From: Octopus sinensis
Lineage: Eukaryota
Assembly: GCF_006345805.1 (NCBI RefSeq)
Contig: NC_043026.1
Coordinates: 2,666,001 to 2,730,000, forward strand
Direction: 5' to 3'
Length of the DNA stretch: 64,000 nt
The notes below the pieces were generated by a model, which was not told where the DNA came from, ran no database searches, and was given only the letters and a program-made list of their open reading frames with translations. Below are positions 13,668 to 26,447 of this stretch, piece after piece. A program made the position numbers and the translations under genes. Numbering within the stretch: position 1 is the first letter of the stretch; every line of letters begins with the position of its first letter.

Positions 13668-13757
13668 AATTCAGTCCATCATTTTGTGCCAACATTGACT
13701 ACTACAGACAAAGTTACGACAGAGTGGATCAAGCCAGTACTTCCATGGCCATCATTC
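13668..13757 (+). CDS. Internal exon (end of extracellular loop 1) of CACNG/TARP-like tetraspan gene
   Basis: Acceptor ttttcctttcatttcAG and donor GTaagt; 90 nt, phase 1-1. Translates xFSPSFCANIDYYRQSYDRVDQASTSMAII, resembling the C-x-x-I-x-Y segment before TM2 of CACNG5/7-type proteins. Splices in frame to 17617. Not in the ORF track. Confidence 0.75.
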
Positions 13758-13934
13758 GTAAGTTCGCCCTGTTTCACTTGCCACTAAGTTCTTTCAGCCT
13801 TAACTGTCTCCTTTCTAATTCTTTGTTCTAAAACAAAAAGAATGTCCCATGTGTGTGGGTGTGTATGACACCCTATCTGTGTGCAAGTTCAATTTGATAA
13901 TTCTGCCTCCGTATAACTCCCTGAGGCTTCATCT

Positions 13935-14129
13935 TTGAAGATGGGGGAGGGGACTAGTCAATTACATCAACCCCAGTACTCTACTGGTACTTAATTTATT
14001 GAGCCCAGGAGGATAAAAGACAAAATTGACCTTGGGAGAACTTGAACTCAGAACATAAAGACAGATAAAATGCCGCTAAGCATTTCGCCCAACGTGCTAA
14101 CAATTCTGCCAGCTCACCACCTTAATAGC

Positions 14130-14177
<48 letters not shown>

Positions 14178-14648
14178 TCTTTCCACTGGAAGCACAAGGC
14201 TTCAGATTTGGGGAATGGATTAAGTCAGTTACATCGACCCCAGTGTATAACTGGTATTTATTTAATTGACCCCCTAATAGATGAAAGGCAAAGTCAATCT
14301 CAGCAGAATTTGAACTCAGAGCATAGTGACTGGCAAAATATTGCTAAACATTTCGTCCAGGGTGCTAACAATTCTGCCAGCCTGCCACCTTAATAATAAC
14401 AATGATGATGATGATGATGATGACAGTGATGATGTTTTCTACTATAGGCACATGGCCTGAAATTTGGAGGGAGGAGTCTAGTTGATTGCATCGACCCCAG
14501 TGCATAACTGGTACTTAGTTTATCGGCCGCAAAAGGATGAAAGGCAAAGTCAACCTCGGTGGAATGTGAACTCAGAATGTGGCAACGGGCGAAATACTCC
14601 TAAGCATTTCGCCCAGCATACTAAAGTTTCTGCCAGCTCACCACCTTA
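13935..14648 (-). mobile_element. Three tandem degenerate SINE family C copies separated by TAA/TGA runs
   Basis: Repeated GAACTCAGAA...GCTAAGCATTTCGCCC...CTGCCAGCTCACCACCTT units. Confidence 0.7.
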
Positions 14649-14651
14649 ATA

Positions 14652-15128
14652 CCGTAAATCCTCGAGTATAATCCCCTTTTTTCCCCAAAAATTTAAAGGT
14701 CAAAATCCCTAGTGCGTACTATATACGAGGTTAAAAATGAAAAATATTTTCTAAGCAATGTCCGAGTCGCTATTTGCTGTCCAGCAATGTTTATTCAGAC
14801 GCATTTTGTGATGTCGGGTGCGAAAATACCTTAAATCCTCCATAACTTGCAGTAAGCAACATTTATTAAACGTTATTTCTGTTATTTCTTTATTTTCTGC
14901 AAACAAAAGCACAAAAAAGCTACATGTTTGCATCATGTTATATATACAATAATAATAAAGGACATTACTGTATACAGTTTTACAAACCAAGGACGGTATA
15001 TAGACCTCCTTGACTCAAGTTAGAGAAGGGGTGCGTATTATACACAAAGTTTAGGTTTTTCAGAGGTACAGCCCCCTAAAAATCCCCTGCGTATTATACT
15101 CAAGGGTGGACTATACTCGAGGATTTAC

Positions 15129-15130
<2 letters not shown>
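14652..15130. mobile_element. MITE (Tc1/mariner/pogo-type, TA target)
   Basis: TACCGTAAATCCTCGAGTATA (14650-14670) and its perfect inverse TATACTCGAGGATTTACGGTA (15112-15132). Confidence 0.8.
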
Positions 15131-15179
<49 letters not shown>

Positions 15180-15181
15180 TA

Positions 15182-15230
<49 letters not shown>

Positions 15231-15290
15231 CATTATTATTATTATTATTATTATCATTATTATTATTATTATTATTATCATTATTATTAT

Positions 15291-15846
15291 TGAGTGAGAA
15301 AGCAGTGCATGATATCAAAGTGACACTGGGGTAAAATATATGAAGCCCAGTATACCCATCATGACTACCTGTCTGATAAGGGTACACTAGACACATGCAT
15401 CATAACCATGGGTGCACGACATGGTGGTCTCATATCAAGATAAACAGCACATGATCTCGCAGGTGGGGCCCAGTTAGAATTTTCTTCTGGTCGAGTAACC
15501 CATCGCACTCAAAAGGTCCCTGAATAAGGGCTGTTAAAGGATGTTGAACGAACCACCCATGTTTTTGAAGGTGAATTATTCAAACCCCAAAGAATCCCTC
15601 TCAACACATGGCTATGATGCTCTCCCACTACTTCTGCTTGTGATCAGAGATGCACATATCATCAGCCACTAAGGGACATGCTCAACTGGTTAAGGTCAAA
15701 CAACTGACAAGCGAAATCTGTGGTATTGAGCAGAATATCTGCTGTAGCCCATCTTTTATACCAAGACAAAACAATGTACATGATAACACTTCCAATCCGT
15801 TAAGATCAGAAGCCATGAGAGCCACAGCCTGGTACTGCATCAGGGC

Positions 15847-15849
<3 letters not shown>
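15291..15849 (-). mobile_element. Family E element in (TAA)n
   Basis: Same ends as 10876-11435; TAA arrays on both sides. Confidence 0.8.
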
Positions 15850-15911
<62 letters not shown>

Positions 15912-15913
<2 letters not shown>

Positions 15914-16494
15914 TATTAATCGTGATTCACTGTAACCACATTTGATATAATGATGTACAAAAGCATTTGCATGTTTCCAGTAATCCCCTATGTCAGTACA
16001 AATCCGTTTTATCCTCAAAAATTAGGATTTCGGATTTGACTGAATTACGTGATGATTGGGGCAGTGTGATGATGTGGGCCTCCAAAATAACTCTGTCACT
16101 ATTCTGCCTCCAGAAAACTTAACTTTTGTGTCAAAAAATTCAATGCTAGTTTTTGAAAAACTAGATGTAGGTTTTATGTTGGACTTGAAAGCCACAGTTT
16201 TTAGCCTAACAGTCACAGAAATGCAAGAAGTCCATTAAGCTGTGGTCCTTCCCAGACAAAAGGGACGTCATTAATGAACTGTAACCAATCATCCGCATCA
16301 CATAATTCAGTGAAATCCGAAATCCCAATTCTTGAGGCTAAAACGGATTTGTACTGACATAGGGGATTACGGGAAGCATGCAAATACTTTTGTACACTAT
16401 GTCAAATGTGGTTACAGTGAATCACGATTAATAAATAACAATAATAATAATGATAATAATAATGATAATAATAATAATAATAATAATAATGATA

Positions 16495-16525
<31 letters not shown>

Positions 16526-16624
16526 GAATAATAATAATGATAATAATAATAATGATAATAATAATGATAATAATAATAATGATAATAATAATAATGATAA
16601 TAATGATAATAATAATGATAAAGA

Positions 16625-16660
<36 letters not shown>

Positions 16661-16779
16661 TAATAATAATGATAATAATAATGATAATAATAATAATAAT
16701 GATAATAAAAATAATAATAATAATAATCATCATCATTTAACGTCCGCTTTCCATGCTAGCACGGGTTGGCCGATTTGTA

Positions 16780-16832
<53 letters not shown>

Positions 16833-17250
16833 GTTATTATTATTATTATTATTATTATTGTTATTATTATTATTAAGGTGGTGAGTTGGCAGAATCATTA
16901 GCATGCTGGGCGAAATGCCTAGCAGTATTTCATCTGCTGCTACGTTCTAAGCTCAAATTCGGCCGAGGTTAACTTTGCCTTTCATCCTTTTGCAGTCGAT
17001 AAGCTAAGTACCAGTTAAGTCACAATTAAGGGAAATAGCAAATGAAATAGCTAAGATTAGCAAAGATAGTCAAACCTACATGCATAATTTTAGCAAATAC
17101 AACACAATAGATGACAGAATTCCTTTAGTGATTAACAGGCACCGGCATTTCGCTGGCGTTTCAAAAGTGTTGCATGAAAATTACCGGCATGTGGTGGAAA
17201 AATATCCTCGTTTCAAACAGGTATTTCCCCAGCCCCCTATTGTAACCCTT
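15912..17250. mobile_element. Penelope-like RT thumb fragments in fold-back arrangement, interrupted by (TAA)n and SINE C (16874-17016)
   Basis: Minus strand: SIEFFDTKVKFSGGRIVTELFWRPTSS and RIKRICTDIGDY. Plus strand: RLKRICTD...GYSESRL (16332-16428), continuing as DDRIPLVI...KQVFPQPPIVTLR (about 17110-17250). Confidence 0.7.
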
Positions 17251-17616
17251 AGATCGCTGTATTTATACAGTCATATATGTTGCCAGAACATTCTAGAAGT
17301 TCTTGAAATTTTTATAAAAAACTTTTTAAAAGTTCTACAAACTTTCAGAAAGTTTAAAAAATTCTGCCGCCGCAACTCAGTGCCGAATCTGTCTGCAAAG
17401 TAATGGAAAATAGGTCAGTTTGGAAGCATTGATGTCCAGGTCAGAAAAGCAAAGTGTGAAGGGAAGAGTAGTCATTTCCTTTGATTTCTAGATAGAAGCA
17501 AACAAGAAATAACACTAACCAAAAAATAAATAAAAAAAACTTTTTTACATCGTGTACTCTCTCTCCCTCTCTGTCACTTTCTTTCTGTCTTTCACTCTCT
17601 ATCTCTCTCTATCCAG

Positions 17617-17751
17617 GAGCCATACGTTTGTCTGCACCATATCCAGTTTTTGCTCTCATCATGATTGTGGTGGCTGCCATAACCAGTGTGATCGGTAACA
17701 TCAAGACCGATGTGAAAACTTTATTCGGTGCCATTATTTATGTTTTCTCAG
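17617..17751 (+). CDS. Internal exon (TM2-TM3) of CACNG/TARP-like gene
   Basis: Long pyrimidine tract plus ccAG, donor GTgagc; 135 nt, phase 1-1. Translates RAIRLSAPYPVFALIMIVVAAITSVIGNIKTDVKTLFGAIIYVFSG, similar to the CACNG5/7 IRSATPFPLVS...FILSG segment as recalled. Confidence 0.88.
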
Positions 17752-17887
17752 GTGAGCTACACACATGCAGTTTCTTCCTTTATTCTTCTTCTTTTATTTT
17801 GTTTTTGTGTTTGTGCATGTGTGTGTGTGTATGTATATATATGTGAATATATGTATGTATGTATATATATATATATATATATGTATA

Positions 17888-18226
17888 CAAGTAATGAGAG
17901 AGAGGCCACATGTGGTCACTCTAACGCTAGATATAGATCCACGAAGGGAATCCACCACTAAAGAATTGTTCTCAAGAATTAATTTAACGCGCCAAGAATG
18001 TAGGCGGGCAGTACAAATGAAAAATACCGAAAAAATAGATTAACTCTAGACAATTGTTTCACCGTTAATAGATTGTGTAATTTTACTTACAAATCATTTT
18101 CGGATCTTCAGTAGAGTATATCAAAAAAATATTAATTCTTGAGAACAATTCTTTAGTGATGGATTCCCTTTGCGGATCTATTTCTAGCGTTAGAGTGACC
18201 ACATGTGGCCTCTCTCTTATTACTTG
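17888..18226. repeat. Fold-back element (about 90-bp arms) followed by a CTAGGCCAC(T)TGGT tail
   Basis: GAGAGAGGCCACATGTGGTCACTCTAACGCTAGA versus TCTAGCGTTAGAGTGACCACATGTGGCCTCTCTC; arms related to 44423-44638. Confidence 0.85.
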
Positions 18227-18339
18227 CATTAATAATTTTTACTGTAACCCAGTCTTTATACGCTAGGCCACTTGGTGTTTTAAATTGATGTTATTAATTA
18301 ATATTCAATTTTTTTCACCCTTATTGTGATTTTAATTAT

Positions 18340-18576
18340 ATATATATGTATGTATGCATGTATGTATGTATCCTGAGCACATCTGGAGGCATTTGATGTA
18401 AACAAATTAATGTATATGTATATAGGCACAGCCATGGCTGTGTTGTAAGAGACTGGATTCCAACCATATGATTCCAGGTTCAGTCCCACTGCATGGCACC
18501 TTGAGCCAGTGTCTTCTGCCATAGTCTCAGCTTGTGAGTTGATTAGGTAGATATAAACTGAATGAAGCCCATCATT

Positions 18577-18621
<45 letters not shown>

Positions 18622-19278
18622 TCTTTTACTTGTTTCAGTCATTTGACTGCGGCTATGCTGGAGCACCGCCTTTTAGTCGAGCAAATCGACCCCGAGACTT
18701 ATTCTTTGTAAGCCTAGTACTTATTCTATCAGTCTCTTTTGCCGAATCGGTGAATGACGGGAACATAAACACACCAGCATCGGTTGTCAAGCAATGCTAG
18801 GGGACAAACACAGACACACAAACACACACATACACATATATATATACATATATACGACAGGCTTCTTTCAGTTTCCGTCTACCAAATCCACTCACAAGGC
18901 ATTGGTCAGCCCGGGGCTATAGCAGAAGAAACCTGCCCAAGATCCCACGCAGTGGGACTGAACCCGGAACCATGTGGTTGGTTAGCAAGCTACTTACCAC
19001 ACAACCACCCCTGTGCCCATATATATATATATATATATATAAATGATGGGCTTCATTCAGTTTATATCTACCTAATCAACTCACAAGCTGAGACTATGGC
19101 AGAAGACACTGGCTCAAGGTGCCATGCAGTGGGACTGAACCTGGAATCATATGGTTGGAATCCAGCTTCTTACAACACAGCCATGGCTGTGCCTATATAC
19201 ATATACATTAATTTGTTTACATCAAATGCCTCCAGATGTGCTCAGGATACATACATACATGCATACATACATATATAT
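18340..19278. repeat. Near-perfect ~240-bp inverted duplication flanking a minus-strand SINE A (18620-19018)
   Basis: 18340-18577 is the reverse complement of 19041-19278, including non-SINE flank. Confidence 0.85.
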
Positions 19279-19696
19279 ATATATATATGTATATATGTGT
19301 GTGTATGTGTGTGTGTGTGCATATGTTGTGTGTGTGTGTGCATATGTTGTGTGTCTGTGTTTTTGTCTCCCCAACATCATGTGACAACTGATGTTGGTGT
19401 GTTTACATCCCCGTAACTTACCGGTTTGGCAAAAGAGGCCGATTGAATAAGTACTAGGCTTACAAAGAATAAGTCCTGGAGCCGATTTGTTCAACTAAAG
19501 GCGGTGCTCCAGCATGGCCGCAGTCAAATGACTGAAGCAATTAAAAGAATAAAAGTGTATATATATATATATATCACCGTGACCGACCAGGCTTTCAGAT
19601 GTTGCTACACATCACTGGTCACAATGCGTTTTGCATTGTTTTAGCCTTTAAACGATGCCACCCCACTGGCTAAGCAAGCAGGCCAATATATATATA

Positions 19697-19845
19697 TATA
19701 AATTGAGGGAATGGAGGAAATAGAATCCAGACTACACATGTTTCATAGCTGGCAGAACCTCATAAGTAGGAACTACTCAGACAAAGTTCTGCCAGCTACG
19801 AAACAAGTGTAGTCTGAATTTTGTCTCCTTCATTCCTGAAATTTG
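19697..19845. repeat. Fold-back element (about 60-bp arms)
   Basis: CAGACTACACATGTTTCATAGCTGGCAGAAC versus GTTCTGCCAGCTACGAAACAAGTGTAGTCTG. Confidence 0.75.
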
Positions 19846-19855
19846 GATTTTTATT

Positions 19856-21890
19856 CACTTACTGCTGGAGATTGAAAAAAATCTGCGATTCTCCCATGAA
19901 AAAGAAAGAGCAGACAAAGAAGCCTGGGCTATAGACATAAAATCTAACCCCAGAGGTTTCTACAAGTTTGCCAAAGAAACAGCTTCGGTGTACTGCAGGA
20001 TAGGGCCACTCCTCGAAAAAGATGGTTCACTCACAGGAAACCCAATAAGGGTAAGTGAAATACTAAATGAGCAATTCAAAAGTATTTTCATTCTACCCCT
20101 ACGACACTTGCCAGTCAGCAATGCAGCTGACTTTTTCGCCACAACAGATACAAAAAATCAGAGGCAGTGATGATTGATTACATCAATATAAAAGAAGACG
20201 ATGTAATAAGGGCAATAGATAAGATGAACCCGAACTCATCTACTGGCCCTGATGGATTGCCAGCGATCCTTCTAAAATCATGTGAGTCCTAGTAAAACCA
20301 CTGCAGTTACTCTTCCAGAGATTCCTTGCAACTGGCAAACTTCCAAGCAAGCTGAAGGCGGGTAAAGTATGCCCTATTCATAAATGAAACAGCTGAGCAG
20401 AGGCCAAAAATTACAGACCTATCTCTCTGACCTCACACATCAGCAAGGTCATGGAACGAATAGTCAGAAGAAAACTAATCACCTTCCTTGAGGAAAATGA
20501 CTTGCTGACTGACACCCAACATGGTTTCCGACCAGGAAGAAGCTGCCTGACTCAGCTCTTACAACATAATGAATGGGTGCGGAAACAGCTGCCCAACCAC
20601 TCAAATATGGATGAGATATATCTCGAATTTGATCCTGGACAAAGTCGATCCTGGAATGATGTGTCACAAACTGCGTGATCTTGGCGCAGTTGGAAAATTG
20701 GGCAAAATGCTGCTTGACTTTCTGAAGGATAGAAGTCAGGTGGTAGTAGCCAATGGGGCCACCTCCAATAACACGCAAATAGTGAGCGGTGTTCCGCAAG
20801 GCACTGTTTTGGGACCACTACTGTTCATAATGGCCCCCTCAGCCATGCCCTCAGCCACAAAGAGAGCCACGATCACAAGTTATACAGATGTACAAAAGTC
20901 TCACAGGTAATACAGAACCCTGAAGACACTATGCACCTGCAATGTGAGCTGGACGGAATATACAAGAGGGCTGAAAAGAATAATATGCAGTTTAATGCTG
21001 AAAAGTTTCAAGCCTTGTGCTACCAGCCTGCAAAACTAATAGCAATACCAATAAAATACACGGGACCTGGAGGGATTGCAATCCCAGAGACACAGTCAGT
21101 GCGAAACCTGGGCATTTACATGAGTGATGATGCAACCTTCCATGTACATGTTGCTAAATTGGCAATGAAATGCAAACGACGAACTGGATGGATTCTTAGA
21201 ACTTTTACAAGAGATCAAGAATTCATGATGGTCCTCTGGAGGACACTTGTCCTAAGCCACTTTGACTATTGCTCTCAGCTATGGTCACCAACCAGTGTCA
21301 AATTAATCTCAGAACTTGAAGCAGTCCAACGAAGCTACATGAAGATAGCCTCGATGCAGCATACAAGCTACTGGGAAAGACTCAAGAGATTGAGACTATA
21401 TTCCTTAGAGCGTAGGCGAGAAAGATCTGCCATAATATACATCTGGAAGATCCTGGAAGGACTTGTCCCAAACTTTGGCATTATGAGTTACACAAATACT
21501 AGAACTTGGCGTCACTGCACAGTGCCAAGGACTCCAAATTTGCCATCAATGTGTAAGACAAGATATTGCGATAGCCTGGGCTTCAGAGGTCCACAGCTCT
21601 TCAATATCCTCCTGAAGGACCTGAGAGACCTGCATGGGGTGGATACAGATGTCTTTAAAATAAAACTGGATCTCTTCCTGTCAGGTGTCCCAGATGAACC
21701 AACTTCGCGGCAGGAGGTGTAGATGAGGGCAGCTGCATCGAACTCTCTCATGCACCAAATGGCAATTGCTAAAAAGCATTTGTGAAGTAAAATCATGTAG
21801 CAACACCAAATGGCGGTGCCCCAGCATGGCCGCAGCTCATGAGCTGAAACTAGATAAAATAAAAATAAAAAAAATAAATAAATAAAATAA
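19856..21890 (+). mobile_element. CR1/Jockey-group LINE, 5'-truncated and frameshifted ORF2 (RT)
   Basis: QHGFRPGRSCLTQLL, SGVPQGTVLGPLLF, YCSQLWSP, LRLYSLERRRER, DEPT motifs; A-rich tail at about 21855-21890. Confidence 0.9.
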
Positions 21891-21964
21891 ATACTCAGTG
21901 GCCCCTGCTACTAACTGTGAACTATAGAATAACTTTTCTCAGCTCATTGAACTTTGATATGGGA

Positions 21965-22235
21965 AAATACGGGCTGCATGTTGTGTTCTTGAGCAAAGCA
22001 CTTTATTTCACGTTGCTCCAGTTCACTCAGCTGTAGAAATGAGTTGCGACGTCACAGGTGCCAAGCTGTATCGACCTTTGTCTTTCCCTTGGGTAACACT
22101 GGTGGCGTGGAGAGGGGAGGCTGGTATGCATGGGCGACTGCTGGTCTTCCATAAACAACCTTGCCCGGACTTGTGTCTAGGAGGGTAACTTTCTAGGTGC
22201 AATCCCATGGTCATTCATGACCGAAGGGGGTCGTT
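21965..22235 (+). mobile_element. CORE-like SINE (family G); a minus-strand relative lies at about 47835-48160
   Basis: CTTGAGCAAAGCACTTTATTTC core-like segment and end GGTCATTCATGACCGAAGGG shared by both copies. Confidence 0.6.
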
Positions 22236-22353
22236 ACCCCTTTTATGCAATCTTCTCATCAGGAAAGAAAAGGGGCCTCTCTCAACAAGACAATCAAAAA
22301 TTTCGATGATTGCCTACATGGTAACCATGCTGAGGATAATTTATTCACCTACT

Positions 22354-22386
<33 letters not shown>

Positions 22387-22408
22387 ATATAAATATATAT
22401 AACATACA

Positions 22409-22800
22409 TGCGTAGGAGTGGCTGTGTGCTAAGTAGCTTGCTTACGGACCAGTCCCACCACGTGGCACCTTGGGCAAGTGTCTTCTGCTATAGCCTCGGG
22501 CCGACCAAAGCCTTGTGAGTGGATTTGGTAGACGGAAACTGAAAGAAGCCCGTCGTATATATGTATATGTATGTATGTGTGTGTATGTGTTTGTGTGTCT
22601 GTGTTTGTCCTCCCAACATCGCTTGACAACCGATGCTGATGTGTTTACATCTCCGTAACTTAGCAGTTCGGCAAAAGGGTAGGTATAGAATAAGTACTAG
22701 GCTTACAAAGAATAAGTGCTGGGGTCGATTTGCTCGACTAAAGGCGGTGCTCCAGCATGGCCACAGTCAAACGACTGAAACAAGTAAAAGACTAAAGACT
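22409..22800 (+). mobile_element. SINE family A (internal deletion in head)
   Basis: Matches the family. Confidence 0.8.
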
Positions 22801-23049
22801 AAAGACTTACATAAACACACACAGACATTTCAAAATTAAATAGACACCCCTCATTATACTGTTCTGTTGGTGCTGTGGACATTACTTTTTAGTACTCTGC
22901 TCAAACAGGTTAAATTATTCTAAATTGAACAAGGCAGACACAACAAAATCCTTGATCAAATATTCAAAGACATCAAACGACATTATTTGATTTAGAGAAT
23001 CTTTCAAAACTAATGGCTTCTATTTACTTTTAACATGCGTTTGTGTGTA

Positions 23050-23110
<61 letters not shown>

Positions 23111-23244
23111 ATATGTGCATACCCATATGTACATATATGTGTGTGTGTGTATATACATACGTATGTATATGTATATATTAGGCAGGATACTGAGTCCTGT
23201 CGCATTTTCAATGAGAAAAGGAAAAGACACTTATTTGGTTGTAA

Positions 23245-23651
23245 TACTCTTTACTCTTTTACTTGTTTCAGTCATTTGACTGCGGCCATGCTGGAGCACC
23301 GCCTTTAATCGAGCAAATCGACCCCGGGACTTATTCTTTGTAAGCCCAGTACTTATTCTATCGGTCTCTTTTTGCCGAACCGCTAAGTGACGGGGACGTA
23401 AACACACCAGCATCGGTTGTCAAGCAATGCTAGGGGGACAAACACAGACACACAAACATACACGCACACACATATATATATACATAAATACGATGGGCTT
23501 TTCAGTTTCCGCCTACCAAATCCACTCACAAGGCATTGGTCGGCCCGAGGCTATAGTAGAAGACACTTGCCCAAGGTGCCATGCAGTGGGACTGAACCCG
23601 GAACCATGTGCCTGGTAAACAAGCTACTTACCACACGGCCACTCTTACGCC
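23245..23651 (-). mobile_element. SINE family A
   Basis: Matches the family. Confidence 0.85.
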
Positions 23652-23654
23652 TAA

Positions 23655-23915
23655 TGGATACATTTAATGAAGATAATACTCCAGCCTCATTTTTAATAAC
23701 CCAATCCCATCTGGCTGATAAGTTGTTGATCCCATCTGGGGCATAAAAGTCTTCAGGTTTCGATGCAAAAAGAATTGGAATTTCTATTTTTAGCCCTTCT
23801 TCATTTTTGAACTGTTTTCCCATTTAAATGATTTTGCATTGATCTGAAAAGAGGATAATCTGATGGGGCAAAGTTGGGTGGGTGAGGAGGATGAGCCAAA
23901 GCTGCCATATTAAGC
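23655..23915 (-). mobile_element. Mariner transposase C-terminal relic
   Basis: HPPHPPNFAPSDYPLFRSMQNHLNGK, similar to the mariner HPPYSPDLAPSDYHLFRS motif. Confidence 0.75.
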
Positions 23916-23939
23916 GTGAGGATTTTGTTTTGTGTAATG

Positions 23940-24345
23940 CAAGTTGTCGTGGCCGATGTCAGTGCCACCTGACTGGCACCTGTGCCTGTGGCACGTAAAA
24001 AGCACCATTTGAGCCTGGCTGATGCTAGTGCAGGTGGCACATAAAAAGCACCATTTGAGTGTGGTTGATGTCATTGCCGCCTGACTGGCCCCTGTGCCAG
24101 TGACACATAAAAAGCACCATTTGAGTGTGGTTGATGTCATTGCCGCCTGACTGGCCCCTGTGCCAATTGGCATATAAAAAGCACCCACTGCACACTTGGA
24201 GTGGTTGGCATTAGGAAGGGCATCCAGCAGTAGAGACCTTGCCAGATTAGACTGGAGCTTGGTGCAGCCTTCTGGCTTGCCAGTCTGCAGTCAAACTGTC
24301 CAACCCATGCCAGCATTCAGAATGAAGGATGATGAGGATGATGAT
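23940..24345 (+). mobile_element. RTE tail fragment (family D) with about 4 internal repeats
   Basis: TAAAAAGCACC repeats and CAACCCATGCCAGCAT terminus. Confidence 0.7.
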
Positions 24346-24414
24346 GTTGATGCAGGAGCATCATACCTTTATGATTGACCAATGATGATTGTTTTTTCTG
24401 CAAATTTTGACTCA

Positions 24415-24832
24415 GGCGCAGGAGTGGCTGTGTGGTAAGTAGCTTGTTTACCAACCACATGGTTCCGGGTTCAGTCCCACTGCGTGGCACCTTGGGCAAG
24501 TGTCTTCTACTATAGCCTCGGGCCGACCAAAGCCTTGTGAGTGGATTTGGTAGGCGGAAACTGAAAGAAGCCCGTCGTCTATATGTATATATATATATAT
24601 ATATATATGCATGTGTGTGCTTGTGTGTCTGTGTTTGTCCCCCTAGCATTGCTTGACAACCGATGCTGGTGTGTTTATGTCCCCGTTACTTAGCGGTTCG
24701 GCAAAGGAGACCGATAGAATAAGAACTGGGCTTACAAAAGAATAAGTCCTGGGGTCGAGTTGCTCGATTAAAGGTGGTGCTCCAGCATGGCTGCAATCAA
24801 ATGACTGAAACAAGTAAAAAGAGAAAAGAAAG
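24415..24832 (+). mobile_element. SINE family A
   Basis: Matches the family. Confidence 0.85.
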
Positions 24833-25244
24833 AGAGAGAGTGAATCTCGTTGGTGATCGTAATTACCAATATTAATTGTTTCACTGGAATTCCACACTTC
24901 ATATTAGTTGTCACCTTTCATGTCCCTCCAAACACAGAGCATGGCCTTTTCTGGGTGTGGTGTGCTCCTTTTCATTGTCTGATAACCATTGTCTTTTCCT
25001 TTGGATATCATTGTAAAGCACCCACGTTTCATCATTGGTTGTTACTCTACCTGAAAAGGAGATCGCTGGCATTGAAATGCAAATGGTAACACTAATATAA
25101 AGTTGAGTAGCAGCCAGAACATGTGGTCCTCACTTGGCTCAGTTCAGACCCCTTTCCCACTTTGTGTTGTTGTTGTTGTTGAGCTTTTGGGAGAAGTCCG
25201 AAAGGTGGTCCTTTGCTATTCGTGGGACCCACAAAAGAGAAAGC

Positions 25245-25517
25245 AGCTCAACCCCCGACACCGACAGCATCGACGGATGAATGAATGCGCATCCAGGCCC
25301 AGCGGTTGCATAGGAAGTCGTGGACAAGAAACAGGATGAAAGAGTGAGAGAAAGTTGGAGTGAAAGAGTACAACAGGGGTTGCCACCACACCCCTGTTGG
25401 ATCCTCGTGGAGCTTTAGGTGTTTTTGCTCAATAAACACACACAACGCTCAGTCTGGGAATCGAAACCGCAATCCTCCGACCGTGAGTCCGCTGCCCTAA
25501 CCACTGGGCCATTGCTC
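25245..25517 (-). mobile_element. SINE family B
   Basis: Reverse complement of the B head, GGAATCGAAACCGC...CCCTAACCACTGGGCCATTGC. Confidence 0.75.
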
Positions 25518-25524
25518 CTCCACT

Positions 25525-25830
25525 GCTGTAGCTGTACCATAGTCTGGTGACGTGTATTGGACATTTTTGCTAATTCTTGTGCAGTTTGTTTTGGATTTTC
25601 TTCCACCAAAATTCTGTAAAACCTTGAAATTGAAGGAACTTGGTTAACCTGATTGAGGGGAGCCACTGAGGGGCCAAAGTTTCTGGATGGAAATTCTCTA
25701 AACCATTGTTAGCATGTTCAGACAGTTGGAGCTTCATTTTTATAGGCAGAGTCAATATTTCTTGCAGCGTCTTTTGTTGAGCAGCCCTTTTTGCAATCAT
25801 ACATCTCACGTTGTCTCATTTGTGTCTGAA
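25525..25830 (-). mobile_element. Mariner N-terminal relic
   Basis: Frameshifted AARNIDSAY..APTVRTC.QWFREF and LVEENPKQTAQELAK. Confidence 0.6.
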
Positions 25831-25997
25831 TGATATTCTTTGTCGATGGCTCAGATTGCAGAAATATTAAACAATTTGCTATGAAATCAATGTTGCCTTC
25901 TGTATTGGCAAAGTGTCTTCAAAGTTAAGATGTCTAACATACCCCAGGACTTTGTCTCCAACCTAAAATGTATATAGGTGTATGTATTTATGTATTT

Positions 25998-26165
25998 ATA
26001 GGTGCAGGAGTGGCTGTGTGGTAAGTAGCTTGCTAACCAGCCACATGGTTCCGGGTTCAGTCCCACCGTGTGGCATCTTGGGCAAGTGTCTTCTGCTATA
26101 GCCCCGGGCCGACCAATGCCTTGTGAGTGGATTTGGTAGACGGAAACTGAAAGAAGCCTGTCGTA

Positions 26166-26230
<65 letters not shown>

Positions 26231-26447
26231 GTGTATATGTTTGTGTGCCTGTGTTTGTCCCCCTAGCATTGCTTGACAACCGATGCTGGTGTGTTTACGT
26301 CCCCGTCTCTTAGCAGTTCGGCAAAAGAGACCGATAGAATAAGTACTGGGCTTACAAAGAATAAGTCCCAGGGTCGATTTGCTCGACTAATGGCGGTGCT
26401 CCAGCATGGCCGCAGTCAAATGACTGAAACAAGTAAAAGAGTAAGAG
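25998..26447 (+). mobile_element. SINE family A
   Basis: Matches the family. Confidence 0.85.
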
